64,000 bases of DNA from Bacillota bacterium (GCA_021811155.1 JAJZPO010000002.1:6042-70041), one strand, 5' to 3'. Counted from the stretch's first letter, positions 47,192-56,859 are shown. Program-made: numbers and translations. Notes: generated from the sequence alone by a model not told the origin.

Positions 47192-47214
47192 TATATACCC
47201 GTATAGGGTATATA
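47192..47214. promoter_or_regulatory. Perfect palindromic operator TATATACCC-N5-GGGTATATA in a divergent promoter region
   Basis: tatataccc gtata gggtatata. It lies between the minus-strand 4Fe-4S gene and the plus-strand TauE gene. Same core and spacing as 4053..4071. Confidence 0.65.
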
Positions 47215-47332
47215 AATTTTAGCATATGGCGGTAAAATGTTAAAGAGCAAAAACGCTAAACAGCTTATTGGACAGATATTGTTGGTCTGGGTTATACTGG
47301 AGACTGGAGTTTAACTGGAGAAAGGTGCAAAC

Positions 47333-48085
47333 ATGTGGTATAGTCTGGTTTTGACCTGTGTGTTGGGATTTTTAGCAGCCGCTGTGGACGCAATTGCGGG
47401 GGGCGGCGGTCTTATCAGCCTTCCTGCCCTGCTTTTTGCCGGGGTGCCTCCCCACCTGGCCCTGGGAACAAATAAGTTTGCCTCAACATCCGCATCCTTT
47501 AGCAGTTCACTCGCCTTTGCCCGCTCGGGCAAGGTATACTTTCCCCTGGTAAAATACCAGATTCCCTTTACCTTCATCGGCGCCCTGTTCGGAGTATGGG
47601 CAGTTTTGCACGTCAGTTCGGATTTTCTGAATAAGGCTGTCCTGCTCCTGATTTTGTTTGTAGCTCTCTATACTCTGCTGCGCCGTGACCTGGGGATTGA
47701 GGAGCACTTTAACGGCCTGACTGCCAAGAGTACGGCTGCGGGCTGTTTTTTTGCCCTGCTGTTAGGTTTTTATGACGGGTTCTTCGGTCCGGGCACGGGG
47801 TCTTTTTTGATCTTCGCCTTTATCACCATCTATGGGTTCAACTTTATAACCGCCTCGGCTAATGCCAAGGTGCTCAATTTCACCAGCAACCTGGCTTCTC
47901 TGCTTCTTTTTGCCTTGAATGGCAAAATCCTCCTGCTTTACGGGATTCCTATGGCCCTGTTCATGATAGCGGGTTCAAGGGTCGGTACAAAATTGGCGAT
48001 TCAGCGGGGAGTTCACCTGGTCAAACCGATTTTTGTCACCATGTCCTGTCTGGTGGCGGTAAAATTGATCTTTCAGCTGCACTAA
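47333..48085 (+). CDS. TauE/SafE (TSUP, DUF81) family sulfite/anion exporter
   Basis: 250 aa. AIAGGGGLISLPALLFAGVPPHLALGTNKF, with a second repeat in the C-terminal half. Confidence 0.9.
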   Translation: MWYSLVLTCVLGFLAAAVDAIAGGGGLISLPALLFAGVPPHLALGTNKFASTSASFSSSLAFARSGKVYFPLVKYQIPFTFIGALFGVWAVLHVSSDFLNKAVLLLILFVALYTLLRRDLGIEEHFNGLTAKSTAAGCFFALLLGFYDGFFGPGTGSFLIFAFITIYGFNFITASANAKVLNFTSNLASLLLFALNGKILLLYGIPMALFMIAGSRVGTKLAIQRGVHLVKPIFVTMSCLVAVKLIFQLH

Positions 48086-48158
48086 GATACTGCCCTTTTC
48101 CTCCCTTTCTGTCATAGACTCCTGAATTGTCAGACAATAATAATTTTTCTTTTGTCTC

Positions 48159-48187
48159 TTGACAATTTTCAGCAGGAGGTTAATACT
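48159..48187 (+). promoter_or_regulatory. Putative sigma-A promoter
   Basis: TTGACA (48159-48164), 16-17 nt spacer, TAATACT. Confidence 0.45.
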
Positions 48188-48196
48188 ATTTATAGG

Positions 48197-48220
48197 ATAC
48201 CCCCGGGGTGTACGGGGGTA
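48197..48220. promoter_or_regulatory. Variant C/G-tract operator ATACCCCC-GGGGTGTAC-GGGGGTA
   Basis: taccccc (48198-48204) and gggggta (48214-48220) are inverted. There is also an overlapping imperfect palindrome atacccc-c-ggggtgt. It lies immediately downstream of the putative -10. Confidence 0.5.
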
Positions 48221-48278
48221 AGGAAAAGGGACTTGGGTTCGAACTCTTTAATGAAATAAGCAATAGGAGATTTAAAAA

Positions 48279-48440
48279 ATGGATCGTGGCTCAAAGTACT
48301 TGGTAGTAATGAAAGATGCAAAAGGCCGTGGCAGCCTTGTCATGGTCAAGGCTGCCACGGCTGATGAAGCCAAGGTGGTGGCAGCACAGAACCTTCCCAA
48401 GCATACAGTTCTTTCTGTCAGGAACAGAGTCTTCCTGTAA
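48279..48440 (+). CDS. Small protein (53 aa), unknown function
   Basis: Not in the ORF track. AGGAGA RBS 8 nt upstream. Sequence MDRGSKYLVVMKDAKGRGSLVMVKAATADEAKVVAAQNLPKHTVLSVRNRVFL. Confidence 0.5.
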   Translation: MDRGSKYLVVMKDAKGRGSLVMVKAATADEAKVVAAQNLPKHTVLSVRNRVFL

Positions 48441-48525
48441 AGCTGCGATGCAGCGTGCTTTCCCCTCACCTATTCTCTTAGACCCTTATCAATGCGATAT
48501 ACCCCATACCCGTAGAAAACGTTAC

Positions 48526-48584
48526 CTTATTATTGACGAGAGCGCCAAGCCTGGGAAAGGCTTAGCGCTCTCGTTAATAATAAG
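48526..48584 (+). other. Very stable 25-bp hairpin between the small ORF and the NhaC-like gene
   Basis: cttattattgacgagagcgccaagcc-tgggaaa-ggcttagcgctctcgttaataataag, with one G-U pair and one mismatch. No T-run follows. Confidence 0.6.
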
Positions 48585-48677
48585 ACCTGCTGCATGGATT
48601 TTGTCCCCTGGTGAAAACCTAAGCGAGGGCCATGCTTTGGCAAACGTTACGCTTTGGTTCGAAGGGGGAAATTTTAC

Positions 48678-50213
48678 ATGTACGGGACCTTCTGGTCGCT
48701 GGTACCATTTCTGGTGGTGATACCTATAGCGGTGCTTACCAGGCAGGTTCTGCCAGGTCTCTTGGTAGGGCTTCTAATAGGCTCCTACATGCTTCACCCG
48801 GGCATGCTGGCAGTGGTTGACACTGCACTTGCCTACATTCTCAAGGAGCTGGCTGTACCGGATAACTTGCGGCTAATTGTCTTCATGTACGGCTTTGGCG
48901 CCTTTGTCGGCCTACTGCGTGTGAGCGGAGGGGTTGCCGGGTTTGCCGATTGGGCGGGCAAAAGAATCAAAACAGTGCGAGGCGCCTTTGGGGTGACCTG
49001 GCTCTCTTCCCTGGCCACCTTTATGGCTCCGGACTTCCGGATAATCACCGTGTCACCGGTGATGAAGCAGGTTTTTTCCCGGTTAAATGTCCCTGCCGAC
49101 AAGGTGGCGTTCGTCATTGATGCAACTTCGACTCCATTGGTGGCGCTGGTACCCCTGGGCACCGCATTTATCGGTTATATGGTTGGTCTTCTTGGTACGG
49201 CCCTCCGGCACCAGGGCGCCGCAGCATCCCCTTACCAGTTGTTCTTGTCCAGTGTGCCCTTTAACTTCTTTGGCATTGCCATGTTGGTCTTTGCCCTATT
49301 CTACACCTTTATGGGACGCCACAAAACCAGTGAACACACGGCGCACAATGTTGAAACCAAAAGCCCGGTCCGCAGCACTGGATACAGGGCTGAGCTGCAA
49401 GCCGCCTATATGGAAACTGCTCATGAACTTTCTGTTCCTCTGCCCTACGGCAAGGAATGGCAGCAGCGCTTAAAACAAAAAACTACAGAAGATGATTTAC
49501 CCGATTGTATTGACCCGGTAGCGGAAAAAGCGAAGCCAAGCTCGCTGAACTTGATCTTGCCGCTGGGATTGCTCCTTGCTCTCACCCTGTTTCTGACCTG
49601 GTGGGACGGCCACTTCCGCTCTGCCAGCTTTTTTGGCGCCCTGGCCCAGGCAAATGCCGCAAAGGCAATGCTGGAGGCGCTCCTCTGGACTTTGCTCGCT
49701 GCCTTCATCTGGTACACAGTCCAGCGCCAGCCGCTGCAGCGTACTTTGTTCGGCTTTTTGCAGGGCGGCAATGAGATGATGGGTGTAAACATTCTGCTCG
49801 TATTAGTATGGGCTGTATCCGCTGTCTCGACTGATTTGGGGTTCGTTACCTACACCACGCAGATTATCAGCCGGCTCGTCCCAGGGGCGTTGATTGCCCC
49901 CGCCATATTTGTGTTCGGCTGCCTTTTGTCCTATGCTATCGGCTCATCCTTCGGCACGTGGGGCATTCTTTTACCCATCGGGTTTTCCCTGGCTGCCAAC
50001 ACGCACACCGCCCTGCCTCTGATAGCGGGAGCCGTGTTTGCCAGCGGCACCTTTGGCGGCTTTGCCTCTCCCCTGAGCGACAATACGGTGGCCATGGCCA
50101 CCGTGATGAAATTGCCTGTAATGGAATATGCCCATAAAAAGCTTATCTATGGCGGCCTGGTAGCCGGGGCATGTGCGCTGCTTTACGCGGTGGCGGGATG
50201 GCTCCACTTTTAA
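48678..50213 (+). CDS. Na+/H+ antiporter NhaC-family transporter
   Basis: SLVPFLVVIPIAVLTRQVLPGLLVG start typical of the NhaC family, about 12 TM segments. ATG 48678 lies 9 nt after AAGGGGG; the ORF track starts at 48654. Confidence 0.85.
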   Translation: MYGTFWSLVPFLVVIPIAVLTRQVLPGLLVGLLIGSYMLHPGMLAVVDTALAYILKELAVPDNLRLIVFMYGFGAFVGLLRVSGGVAGFADWAGKRIKTVRGAFGVTWLSSLATFMAPDFRIITVSPVMKQVFSRLNVPADKVAFVIDATSTPLVALVPLGTAFIGYMVGLLGTALRHQGAAASPYQLFLSSVPFNFFGIAMLVFALFYTFMGRHKTSEHTAHNVETKSPVRSTGYRAELQAAYMETAHELSVPLPYGKEWQQRLKQKTTEDDLPDCIDPVAEKAKPSSLNLILPLGLLLALTLFLTWWDGHFRSASFFGALAQANAAKAMLEALLWTLLAAFIWYTVQRQPLQRTLFGFLQGGNEMMGVNILLVLVWAVSAVSTDLGFVTYTTQIISRLVPGALIAPAIFVFGCLLSYAIGSSFGTWGILLPIGFSLAANTHTALPLIAGAVFASGTFGGFASPLSDNTVAMATVMKLPVMEYAHKKLIYGGLVAGACALLYAVAGWLHF

Positions 50214-50240
50214 CGTCTCAGCGCCTTTTCCAAGGGCTTT

Positions 50241-50278
50241 AAAGCATGAAACCAGGCTGAGCCTGATTTCATGCTTTT
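50241..50278. terminator. Bidirectional terminator between the convergent NhaC-like and HAD genes
   Basis: aaagcatgaaa...tttcatgcttt with an inner caggc/gcctg stem. Confidence 0.7.
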
Positions 50279-50747
50279 ACCGTCTCAAAGTGGCTATGAG
50301 CCGCTGGGAATATAGCAACAGTCCGAGAGCATCCTCAATGCGGGTTACCGCCACATCGGCTGCGTTCAAGGTCTGGACCGAACACCCTTCCGGTCCGAGA
50401 ACCGCAATGCCCAGAGCCGCTTGTTCCAGCATCCTGCTGTCGTTTGCTCCGTTGCCGACAGCTGCCACATAGTGCGCCCCCAGTTGGGTTATGTAGTCTG
50501 CCTTCTCTGCCGTATGATCCGCGCTCTGCAAAACCTTCACCTCGACCGGCATGCCTTGGCACTCTTTTGCCACCGTACCAAAGGTGTCTGAAGTCAGGAC
50601 GTACACCTCCAAGTCTTCAGACAGCCTGACCAAATAGTCCTTTACAGTTTTAAACATGATACCATCCAATGCCAGGGTGCCATTGTAATCCAAGACCAGC
50701 TTTTCCAGGTGCAGCGAACCATAACCGGGAATATCCAACTGCAGCAT
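50277..50747 (-). CDS. HAD-superfamily hydrolase (soluble P-type-ATPase-like, COG4087 type)
   Basis: LVLDYNGTLA (DxxGT-like motif I), LTSDT, GNGANDSRML. ATG 50747 follows GGAGGAGGG. Confidence 0.82.
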   Translation of the reverse strand: MLQLDIPGYGSLHLEKLVLDYNGTLALDGIMFKTVKDYLVRLSEDLEVYVLTSDTFGTVAKECQGMPVEVKVLQSADHTAEKADYITQLGAHYVAAVGNGANDSRMLEQAALGIAVLGPEGCSVQTLNAADVAVTRIEDALGLLLYSQRLIATLRR

Positions 50748-50831
50748 GCTGTCCCTCCTCCCTGCCTGCATTTTACCACAATCGAAGCAAAGTCATTTAG
50801 CTGACTATTTTTGGTGCTTCCTTTCTTAGTT

Positions 50832-52040
50832 TCACTTTCGCACCATCAATTTTTTCACCGCATTGTCAAGGCCGTCCAAGGTCAGTTCAAACATCGGGAA
50901 AATACGCCGGATTGCCTGCAATGTTTGCTGGCCGTACATGGTATCCCAGTGGGAAGCGGGGATGGGGTTCAGCCAGGCGCTATGTGGAAACCTGCGGGCC
51001 AGGCGTTCCAACCAGACAATGCCTGGTTCCTCGTTGTCTAGTTCCCAAAAAATGTTGCCGTGGGCCATGAAAAGCTCACTGGGCGCCATGGCGGCATCAC
51101 CCACAAAAATCACTTTATAATCGCCGTCAAGGGTTCGCAGCAAGCTCTCCGTATTCACCGCCTGGCGCGGATTGCAGGAAGCGTCAAGGTAGAGGAAGTC
51201 ATAGATGCAGTTGTGGAAGTAGTAGAATTTCAGGTCCTTGAAATGGGATGCCTTATGCACGGCTGAAAACAATTGGTTGCAGATCCTGGCATACGGGGTC
51301 ATGGACCCGCCTGCGTCCATGAGGACTAGGACTTTGACCGCATTGCGGCGGGGCCTGGTCCATACGAGTTTCAGCCGTCCGGCATTATTACAGGTAGCAT
51401 CAATGGTGCCTTCCAGGTCCAGCTCGTCTTTAGCCCCGTCAACCCGGGTGCTGAATTGGCGCAGGCGGCGCAGGGCCACCTCAAACTGGCGTACCGCCAA
51501 GGTTTTGTCGCTGCGGTATTCCCTGTAGTTGCGCTCTGCTGCTACCTTGACGGCAGAACGGCTGTGAGAATCACCGCCGATCCTGATCCCGCCCGGGTGA
51601 AAACCGGAGTGGCCGAAGGGCGAGGTTCCTCCGGTGCCCACCCACTTGGACCCACCGTGATGCGCGCCCTGCTGTGTCCTGAGGCGCTCCTCCAAAGCCG
51701 CTTTCAGTGCTTCCCAGTCGGGCATCCCGAGTTTTTTCAACAGTTCGTCCCGCTCAGCCTCGCTGAACTGCCGGGGCGGCAGGGGATTTTCCAGCCACTT
51801 TGATACCAGGTCAAGCATCTTTTCGTTGCTCTCGATACCTTTGAAATACTTGTAAAACGCCTGGTCATACTTGTCGTATTGGGTCTCGCTCTTCACCAGA
51901 ATTGCCCGGCTGAGAAAGTAGAACCCGGTAAGGCTGGACCCGGCCAGACCGGCCTCAAGGGCTTCCATCAAGGTCATCCATTCAATGATGGAAACGGGGA
52001 TACCCTCACTGCGCAGAAGATAGAAAAAATTGATAAACAT
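50832..52040 (-). CDS. VWA-domain protein, CoxE-like
   Basis: 402 aa. N-terminal FINFFYLLRSEGIPVS..., C-terminal VWA (VLVLMDAGGSM MIDAS-like DxGGS). Partner of the upstream MoxR-type ATPase. Confidence 0.85.
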   Translation of the reverse strand: MFINFFYLLRSEGIPVSIIEWMTLMEALEAGLAGSSLTGFYFLSRAILVKSETQYDKYDQAFYKYFKGIESNEKMLDLVSKWLENPLPPRQFSEAERDELLKKLGMPDWEALKAALEERLRTQQGAHHGGSKWVGTGGTSPFGHSGFHPGGIRIGGDSHSRSAVKVAAERNYREYRSDKTLAVRQFEVALRRLRQFSTRVDGAKDELDLEGTIDATCNNAGRLKLVWTRPRRNAVKVLVLMDAGGSMTPYARICNQLFSAVHKASHFKDLKFYYFHNCIYDFLYLDASCNPRQAVNTESLLRTLDGDYKVIFVGDAAMAPSELFMAHGNIFWELDNEEPGIVWLERLARRFPHSAWLNPIPASHWDTMYGQQTLQAIRRIFPMFELTLDGLDNAVKKLMVRK

Positions 52041-52049
52041 CTGCTTTAC

Positions 52050-52913
52050 CTACCAACCGCGGGAGGTGGCCCTGGCCGGGTTCTCCGTGCCCCGGGAATG
52101 CAATTGTCTCAAACTCAGATCGAAATCCTGATTCTTTTTGAGCAATGCTCCCAGGAAGGGCAGTTCACGGACAATCTTGTCCGGGTGGATACCGGCGATG
52201 GATAAAGCCTGCACCCAGTCTAATAACTCACTGGTACTGGGTTTCTTCTGCAGGCCAGGGACACTCCGCAGCCAGTAAAAAGCTTTAAGAGCCTCCTGCA
52301 GCAAACGCTCTGCGAGGTCTGGCTGGTGCACTCGAATAATGGTCTCCATCATCTCCTTGTCCGGGAAGGCAATGTAATGAAACACACAGCGCCGCAGGAA
52401 CGCGTCAGGCAATTCCTTTTCTGCGTTGCTGGTAATAATCACAACCGGACGGTGATTCGCTGCGATGGTTTCACCCGTTTCAGGAATATAGAAGTTCATT
52501 ACATCCAGTTCCCAGAGCAGGTCGTTGGGAAATTCCAGGTCAGCCTTGTCGATTTCGTCAATCAAGAGCACCACCTGCTGGGATGAGGCAAATGCTTCAC
52601 CGAGTTTACCCAGCTTAATATACTGCTTGATATCTGAGACATCCCGGTCCCCAAACTGACTGTCGTAAAGGCGCTGTACCGTATCATAGACATAAAGACC
52701 TTCCTGGGCTTTGGTTGTAGACTTGATATTCCAGATAATTAAGGGCAGACCCAGGGATGTGGCCACACTTTCTGCCAAAACGGTTTTGCCTGTCCCGGGT
52801 TCTCCCTTGATCAGCAGGGGCCGCTTTAAGGCAACTGTGATATTCACGCTGTTGCGCAAATCGTCCGAAACTATATAATTTTCTGTACCTTGATATTGCA
52901 GCTGGTCCTTCAT
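52050..52913 (-). CDS. MoxR/CoxD-like AAA+ ATPase (AAA_5)
   Basis: Walker A GEPGTGKT, Walker B LLIDEIDKA, sensor region ITSN. Confidence 0.9.
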   Translation of the reverse strand: MKDQLQYQGTENYIVSDDLRNSVNITVALKRPLLIKGEPGTGKTVLAESVATSLGLPLIIWNIKSTTKAQEGLYVYDTVQRLYDSQFGDRDVSDIKQYIKLGKLGEAFASSQQVVLLIDEIDKADLEFPNDLLWELDVMNFYIPETGETIAANHRPVVIITSNAEKELPDAFLRRCVFHYIAFPDKEMMETIIRVHQPDLAERLLQEALKAFYWLRSVPGLQKKPSTSELLDWVQALSIAGIHPDKIVRELPFLGALLKKNQDFDLSLRQLHSRGTENPARATSRGW

Positions 52914-53102
52914 GAACTGTCCTCCTCATTTCTCTACAGAGTGTGAACCACCAAAACAGGATGGTGGTCTTCTCGCCGTTCGTGATAAATTCAGGGTAAC
53001 AGACAGGCAAAATCTTGTCAATTTGCTAATAAAATTAGTATGTACTAATTGATGAATGTGTCATATTATATTACAATCTTACTAGAAAAGACCTAATGCG
53101 AT

Positions 53103-54683
53103 ATGGTAAAGGAGGATTTAACAGGATCAATGGAAGCAAACGCTTACGCCATGGAACCCAAGGAGATTCTGCGGCCGGGCCAGTATCACCGCAATCTGCC
53201 GGTTACCCAGTTGGTCGAAGCCGCATTGTCCCGAAATGAGGCAGTACTCGCGTCGACAGGCGCCTTAAGAGCCACTACCGGCAAATATACGGGCCGTTCA
53301 CCAAAAGACCGCTACATAGTTGATGAACCCAGTATACACAGCCATGTTGCCTGGGGCCCGGTTAACCGGCCTATTTCAGTTGAACAGTTCAAGGCGCTGT
53401 ACGCACGAGCCCTGGAGTATATTGCAAATCGCGAGTTGTTCGTCTTCGACGGATTTGCCGGAGCGGACAAAACCTACCGCCTGCCGATCCGGGTAATTAA
53501 TGAATATGCCTGGCAGAACCTGTTTGTCCACCAACTCTTCATCCGCCCAACAGAGGAAGAATTAGGGACACACCAACCTGAATTTACCGTGATTACCACC
53601 CCTGGACTTAAGGCGGACCCCGCACTTGACGGCACTAATTCTGAAGCCTTCGTCATCATTTCCTTTGAAAAAAGAGTAATCTTGATCGGCGGAACGCAAT
53701 ACGCCGGCGAAATGAAAAAGTCCATTTTCAGTGTCTTAAACTATTTACTGCCGCAGAAGAGAGTTTTCCCCATGCACTGCTCAGCCAACCTGGGTGACAA
53801 GGGTGACACGGCGCTGTTTTTCGGTCTGTCTGGCACGGGGAAGACCACGCTTTCCGCCGACCCTGACCGTCACCTGATAGGCGATGACGAGCATGGCTGG
53901 TCCGACCAGGGCATCTTCAACTTCGAAGGGGGCTGTTACGCCAAGTGCATTGCGTTGACTGAGGAGAAGGAACCTCAGATCTGGCATGCGATTAAGCCGG
54001 GTTCCGTGCTGGAAAACGTCATCCTGGACCCGGTGACGGGCGAAGCTGATTATGATGACGGCAGCCTGACGGAGAACACCCGGGCCGCCTATCCCATCGA
54101 CTATATTCCGGGCGCCGTTATCCCCGGTGCAGCAGGACATCCCAAGGTAGTCGTATTCTTGACTGCAGACGCTTTCGGGGTGCTGCCTCCCATTGCCAAA
54201 CTGACCAAGCAACAGGCTATGTACCATTTCCTGTCCGGGTACACTTCCAAATTGGCAGGAACCGAACGCGGTGTTACAGAACCGGAAGCAACCTTTTCGA
54301 CTTGTTTCGGCGAGCCTTTCCTTCCCTTGCCGCCCAGTATGTATGCCCAAATGTTGGGTGATAAAATTGATACCCATCAAGCCCAGGTTTATCTCGTCAA
54401 TACCGGTTGGTCGGGCGGACCATATGGCATAGGCAAACGCATCAACCTCATGTATACGCGGGCCATGGTTACTGCGGCGATCAATGGTACACTTGATGCG
54501 GCCAAGTTTACGCCTGATCCGGTGTTTGGTGTCCTGGTCCCTGAGAGTGTGCCCGGGGTACCGGCTGAAGTCTTGAATCCGCGCAACACCTGGAGCGACA
54601 AGACTGCTTACGATGCCAAGGCTGCGGAACTGGCATCCCTGTTCGGGAAGAATTTTGCCAAATTCGAGGATGTGCCGGATTAA
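53103..54683 (+). CDS. pckA: Phosphoenolpyruvate carboxykinase (ATP)
   Basis: [14 protein letters not shown], kinase-1a [18 protein letters not shown]. The start is uncertain (ATG 53103, 53130 or 53151). Confidence 0.93.
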   Translation: MVKEDLTGSMEANAYAMEPKEILRPGQYHRNLPVTQLVEAALSRNEAVLASTGALRATTGKYTGRSPKDRYIVDEPSIHSHVAWGPVNRPISVEQFKALYARALEYIANRELFVFDGFAGADKTYRLPIRVINEYAWQNLFVHQLFIRPTEEELGTHQPEFTVITTPGLKADPALDGTNSEAFVIISFEKRVILIGGTQYAGEMKKSIFSVLNYLLPQKRVFPMHCSANLGDKGDTALFFGLSGTGKTTLSADPDRHLIGDDEHGWSDQGIFNFEGGCYAKCIALTEEKEPQIWHAIKPGSVLENVILDPVTGEADYDDGSLTENTRAAYPIDYIPGAVIPGAAGHPKVVVFLTADAFGVLPPIAKLTKQQAMYHFLSGYTSKLAGTERGVTEPEATFSTCFGEPFLPLPPSMYAQMLGDKIDTHQAQVYLVNTGWSGGPYGIGKRINLMYTRAMVTAAINGTLDAAKFTPDPVFGVLVPESVPGVPAEVLNPRNTWSDKTAYDAKAAELASLFGKNFAKFEDVPD

Positions 54684-54740
54684 GTTCGTCAAGCCGGCCC
54701 AACCCGCTAATTGAGTCACTTAGGGACGATGGTTTGTTAG

Positions 54741-54785
54741 AAATAGGGGGTACTCGATTCACGATCGAGTACCCCCTATTTGTTG
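54741..54785. terminator. Bidirectional terminator between pckA and the convergent gamma-CA-like gene
   Basis: gggggtactcgat-tcacg-atcgagtaccccc (13-bp stem), flanked by aaata and tatttg. Confidence 0.85.
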
Positions 54786-54786
54786 C

Positions 54787-55338
54787 TTACTGGTCAATTA
54801 CTTCTTCCAGGCTTACTTCTTTCAGAGCGGGCAGACAGCGCGGCGGCAAAGCCATGTAGTAACCTGTCGCCTCATCCAGGCTTTGGCGCATCTTGTCGGA
54901 AATGTCGTTTACCACCTTGGCAGGCATCCCGACAGCCAATTTGCAGGGCGGGATATGGGTCTTCTCCGTTACCAGGGCTCCGGCGGCGACACAAGAGCCG
55001 TCCCCGATACTTACCCAGTCCATGACGATCGCCCCCATACCTATAAGCACATGTTCCCCCAGGTTAGGGGTGTGCAGGATAGCGCCGTGCCCCACATGAC
55101 TCCTATCCCCCATCACCGCAGCTGCCCCAGGATGTACGTGGATGACGCAGTTCTCTTGAATATTGGAGTAGGATCCGATTTTAATCGAACCCCAGTCCCC
55201 TCTGATCCTGGCGCCAGCCCCCACGTAACATCCTTCACCCATTTGCACATCGCCGATGATGGTAGCTTCAGGATGAATATAACTCCCCTTGCCGATGGAT
55301 GGACGCTTCCCTTCGAACTCATAAATTGCCACTTTCAA
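54787..55338 (-). CDS. Gamma-carbonic-anhydrase / PaaY-like hexapeptide-repeat protein
   Basis: Left-handed beta-helix hexapeptide repeats, with His residues in the IHVH...GHGAILH context. Confidence 0.88.
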   Translation of the reverse strand: MKVAIYEFEGKRPSIGKGSYIHPEATIIGDVQMGEGCYVGAGARIRGDWGSIKIGSYSNIQENCVIHVHPGAAAVMGDRSHVGHGAILHTPNLGEHVLIGMGAIVMDWVSIGDGSCVAAGALVTEKTHIPPCKLAVGMPAKVVNDISDKMRQSLDEATGYYMALPPRCLPALKEVSLEEVIDQ

Positions 55339-55418
55339 AACCTCCCCCCATGCATCTGGCGCTTGAACGATTCCAGATTAATTGAATATAACTCAAATCC
55401 CTGCATAGGAACAAAACC

Positions 55419-56816
55419 CTATTGCTGCTTGAGGGAAGGCAGTTTCTCCAAGATTTCTTTGATGCTCATGCCGGTAAGACCCTCTACCAAAGCCGGCGCC
55501 TGGGCAATAATCTTGCTCATGTCCCCGGTGATTTTGTTCAGGCCCACATCGTCTCCGGTACCGGTTGAAACCACGGTTATCTTTTCCACCTTGTTCAGGG
55601 GCTCTGCAATGGCTCTGGCAAGTTCCGGGATGCCGCCCAGCAATTTGTCCAGAATAGCAGCCTGGGAGTACTCCTGGTAAGCCTGGGCTTTGGCGTTGAT
55701 GGCGTTGGCCTCTGCTTCTCCTTTAGCCTTCAATATCTCGGCCTCGGCCAACCCTTGGGCTTTGGTAGCTTCCGCCCGTCCCATGGCCTCCAGGGACAGA
55801 CGTTGGCGTTCAGCCTCGGCAATAGTTTCGATGCGTCGTTTTTCAATCTCGGCCGCTTTAAGAACTGTGGCAATCAGCTCTTTTTCGCGCCGCAAGATTT
55901 CCGCTTCCTGGACTTTGATCTGTTCTTCCTTCTGTACGCGCTCAATCCGGACTTTTTCAGCCATGGACTGTTGTTCCATGATATTGTTTTGAATGTCATA
56001 AGCCTTGTCCGTTTGGGCCTGCTGCTTCTTCACCGTGCCTTCATATTCGGCCTTCTTCAGGTCCAAATCCCGCATAGCTTCAGCCTGTTTGGCGGCTGAG
56101 GCGGTTTCTGCGATTACCCGCTCCTGGTCAGCCTGGGCTTTGGCGATGGCTGCCTCGCGCATGGTGTCGGCCCTGCGGATGGCCGTATCCCGTTCGGCCT
56201 CGGCGGCGGCGATGTCGGCTTCCTTTTTCACCCGGGCGATTTCCGGCTTACCCATGTTGGCGATATATTCATTCTTGTCTTTGACATCCTTGATGGTAAA
56301 GGAGACTACTTCCAGACCCATTTTGTTGAGGTCTTCGGAACAGGTGCTGCGCATTTTGTCCGCTACCATTTCAGGCTCTTTCACAATCTGTTCCACGGTG
56401 AGCAAGCCCACAATCCCTCTGAGGTGACCTTCCATCACCAGCCTGATTAAGCCTTCCCTCTCCTGGGACTCTTTGGTGAGAAACTGCTCTGCTGCGGTCT
56501 GAATGCTTTCCATATCTGACTTTACTTTGATCTGAGCCACCGCTTCAACCAGCACCGACACTCCCTGTTTGGTGTAGAGTTCCTGGTTTGGTGCAACATC
56601 GAAGGACATCAGCTCCAGGCTCAATTCCTGGTAAGTTTGAATCAGCGGCCAAACTACCCGGCCGCCCCCTTTAATGACCTGAGTCCCGCCCCAACCATAG
56701 ACGATGAGGGCTTCGTTGGGACCGACTTTGCGGAACATGCGCGCCAGGACCCCTAGAATTAACAGGATGGCGACTACACAAGCAGCAGCAATTGACAAAA
56801 CCCAAATGAGATTCAC
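55419..56816 (-). CDS. Flotillin-like SPFH-domain protein (FloT/YuaG-like)
   Basis: 465 aa. N-terminal TM segment, SPFH domain, long Ala/Glu-rich coiled coil. Follows an NfeD gene as in B. subtilis yuaF-yuaG. Confidence 0.9.
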   Translation of the reverse strand: MNLIWVLSIAAACVVAILLILGVLARMFRKVGPNEALIVYGWGGTQVIKGGGRVVWPLIQTYQELSLELMSFDVAPNQELYTKQGVSVLVEAVAQIKVKSDMESIQTAAEQFLTKESQEREGLIRLVMEGHLRGIVGLLTVEQIVKEPEMVADKMRSTCSEDLNKMGLEVVSFTIKDVKDKNEYIANMGKPEIARVKKEADIAAAEAERDTAIRRADTMREAAIAKAQADQERVIAETASAAKQAEAMRDLDLKKAEYEGTVKKQQAQTDKAYDIQNNIMEQQSMAEKVRIERVQKEEQIKVQEAEILRREKELIATVLKAAEIEKRRIETIAEAERQRLSLEAMGRAEATKAQGLAEAEILKAKGEAEANAINAKAQAYQEYSQAAILDKLLGGIPELARAIAEPLNKVEKITVVSTGTGDDVGLNKITGDMSKIIAQAPALVEGLTGMSIKEILEKLPSLKQQ

Positions 56817-56859
56817 ACAGATACCCCCTAAATTTCAGTATTTTAAAGCCTTACCCGGC

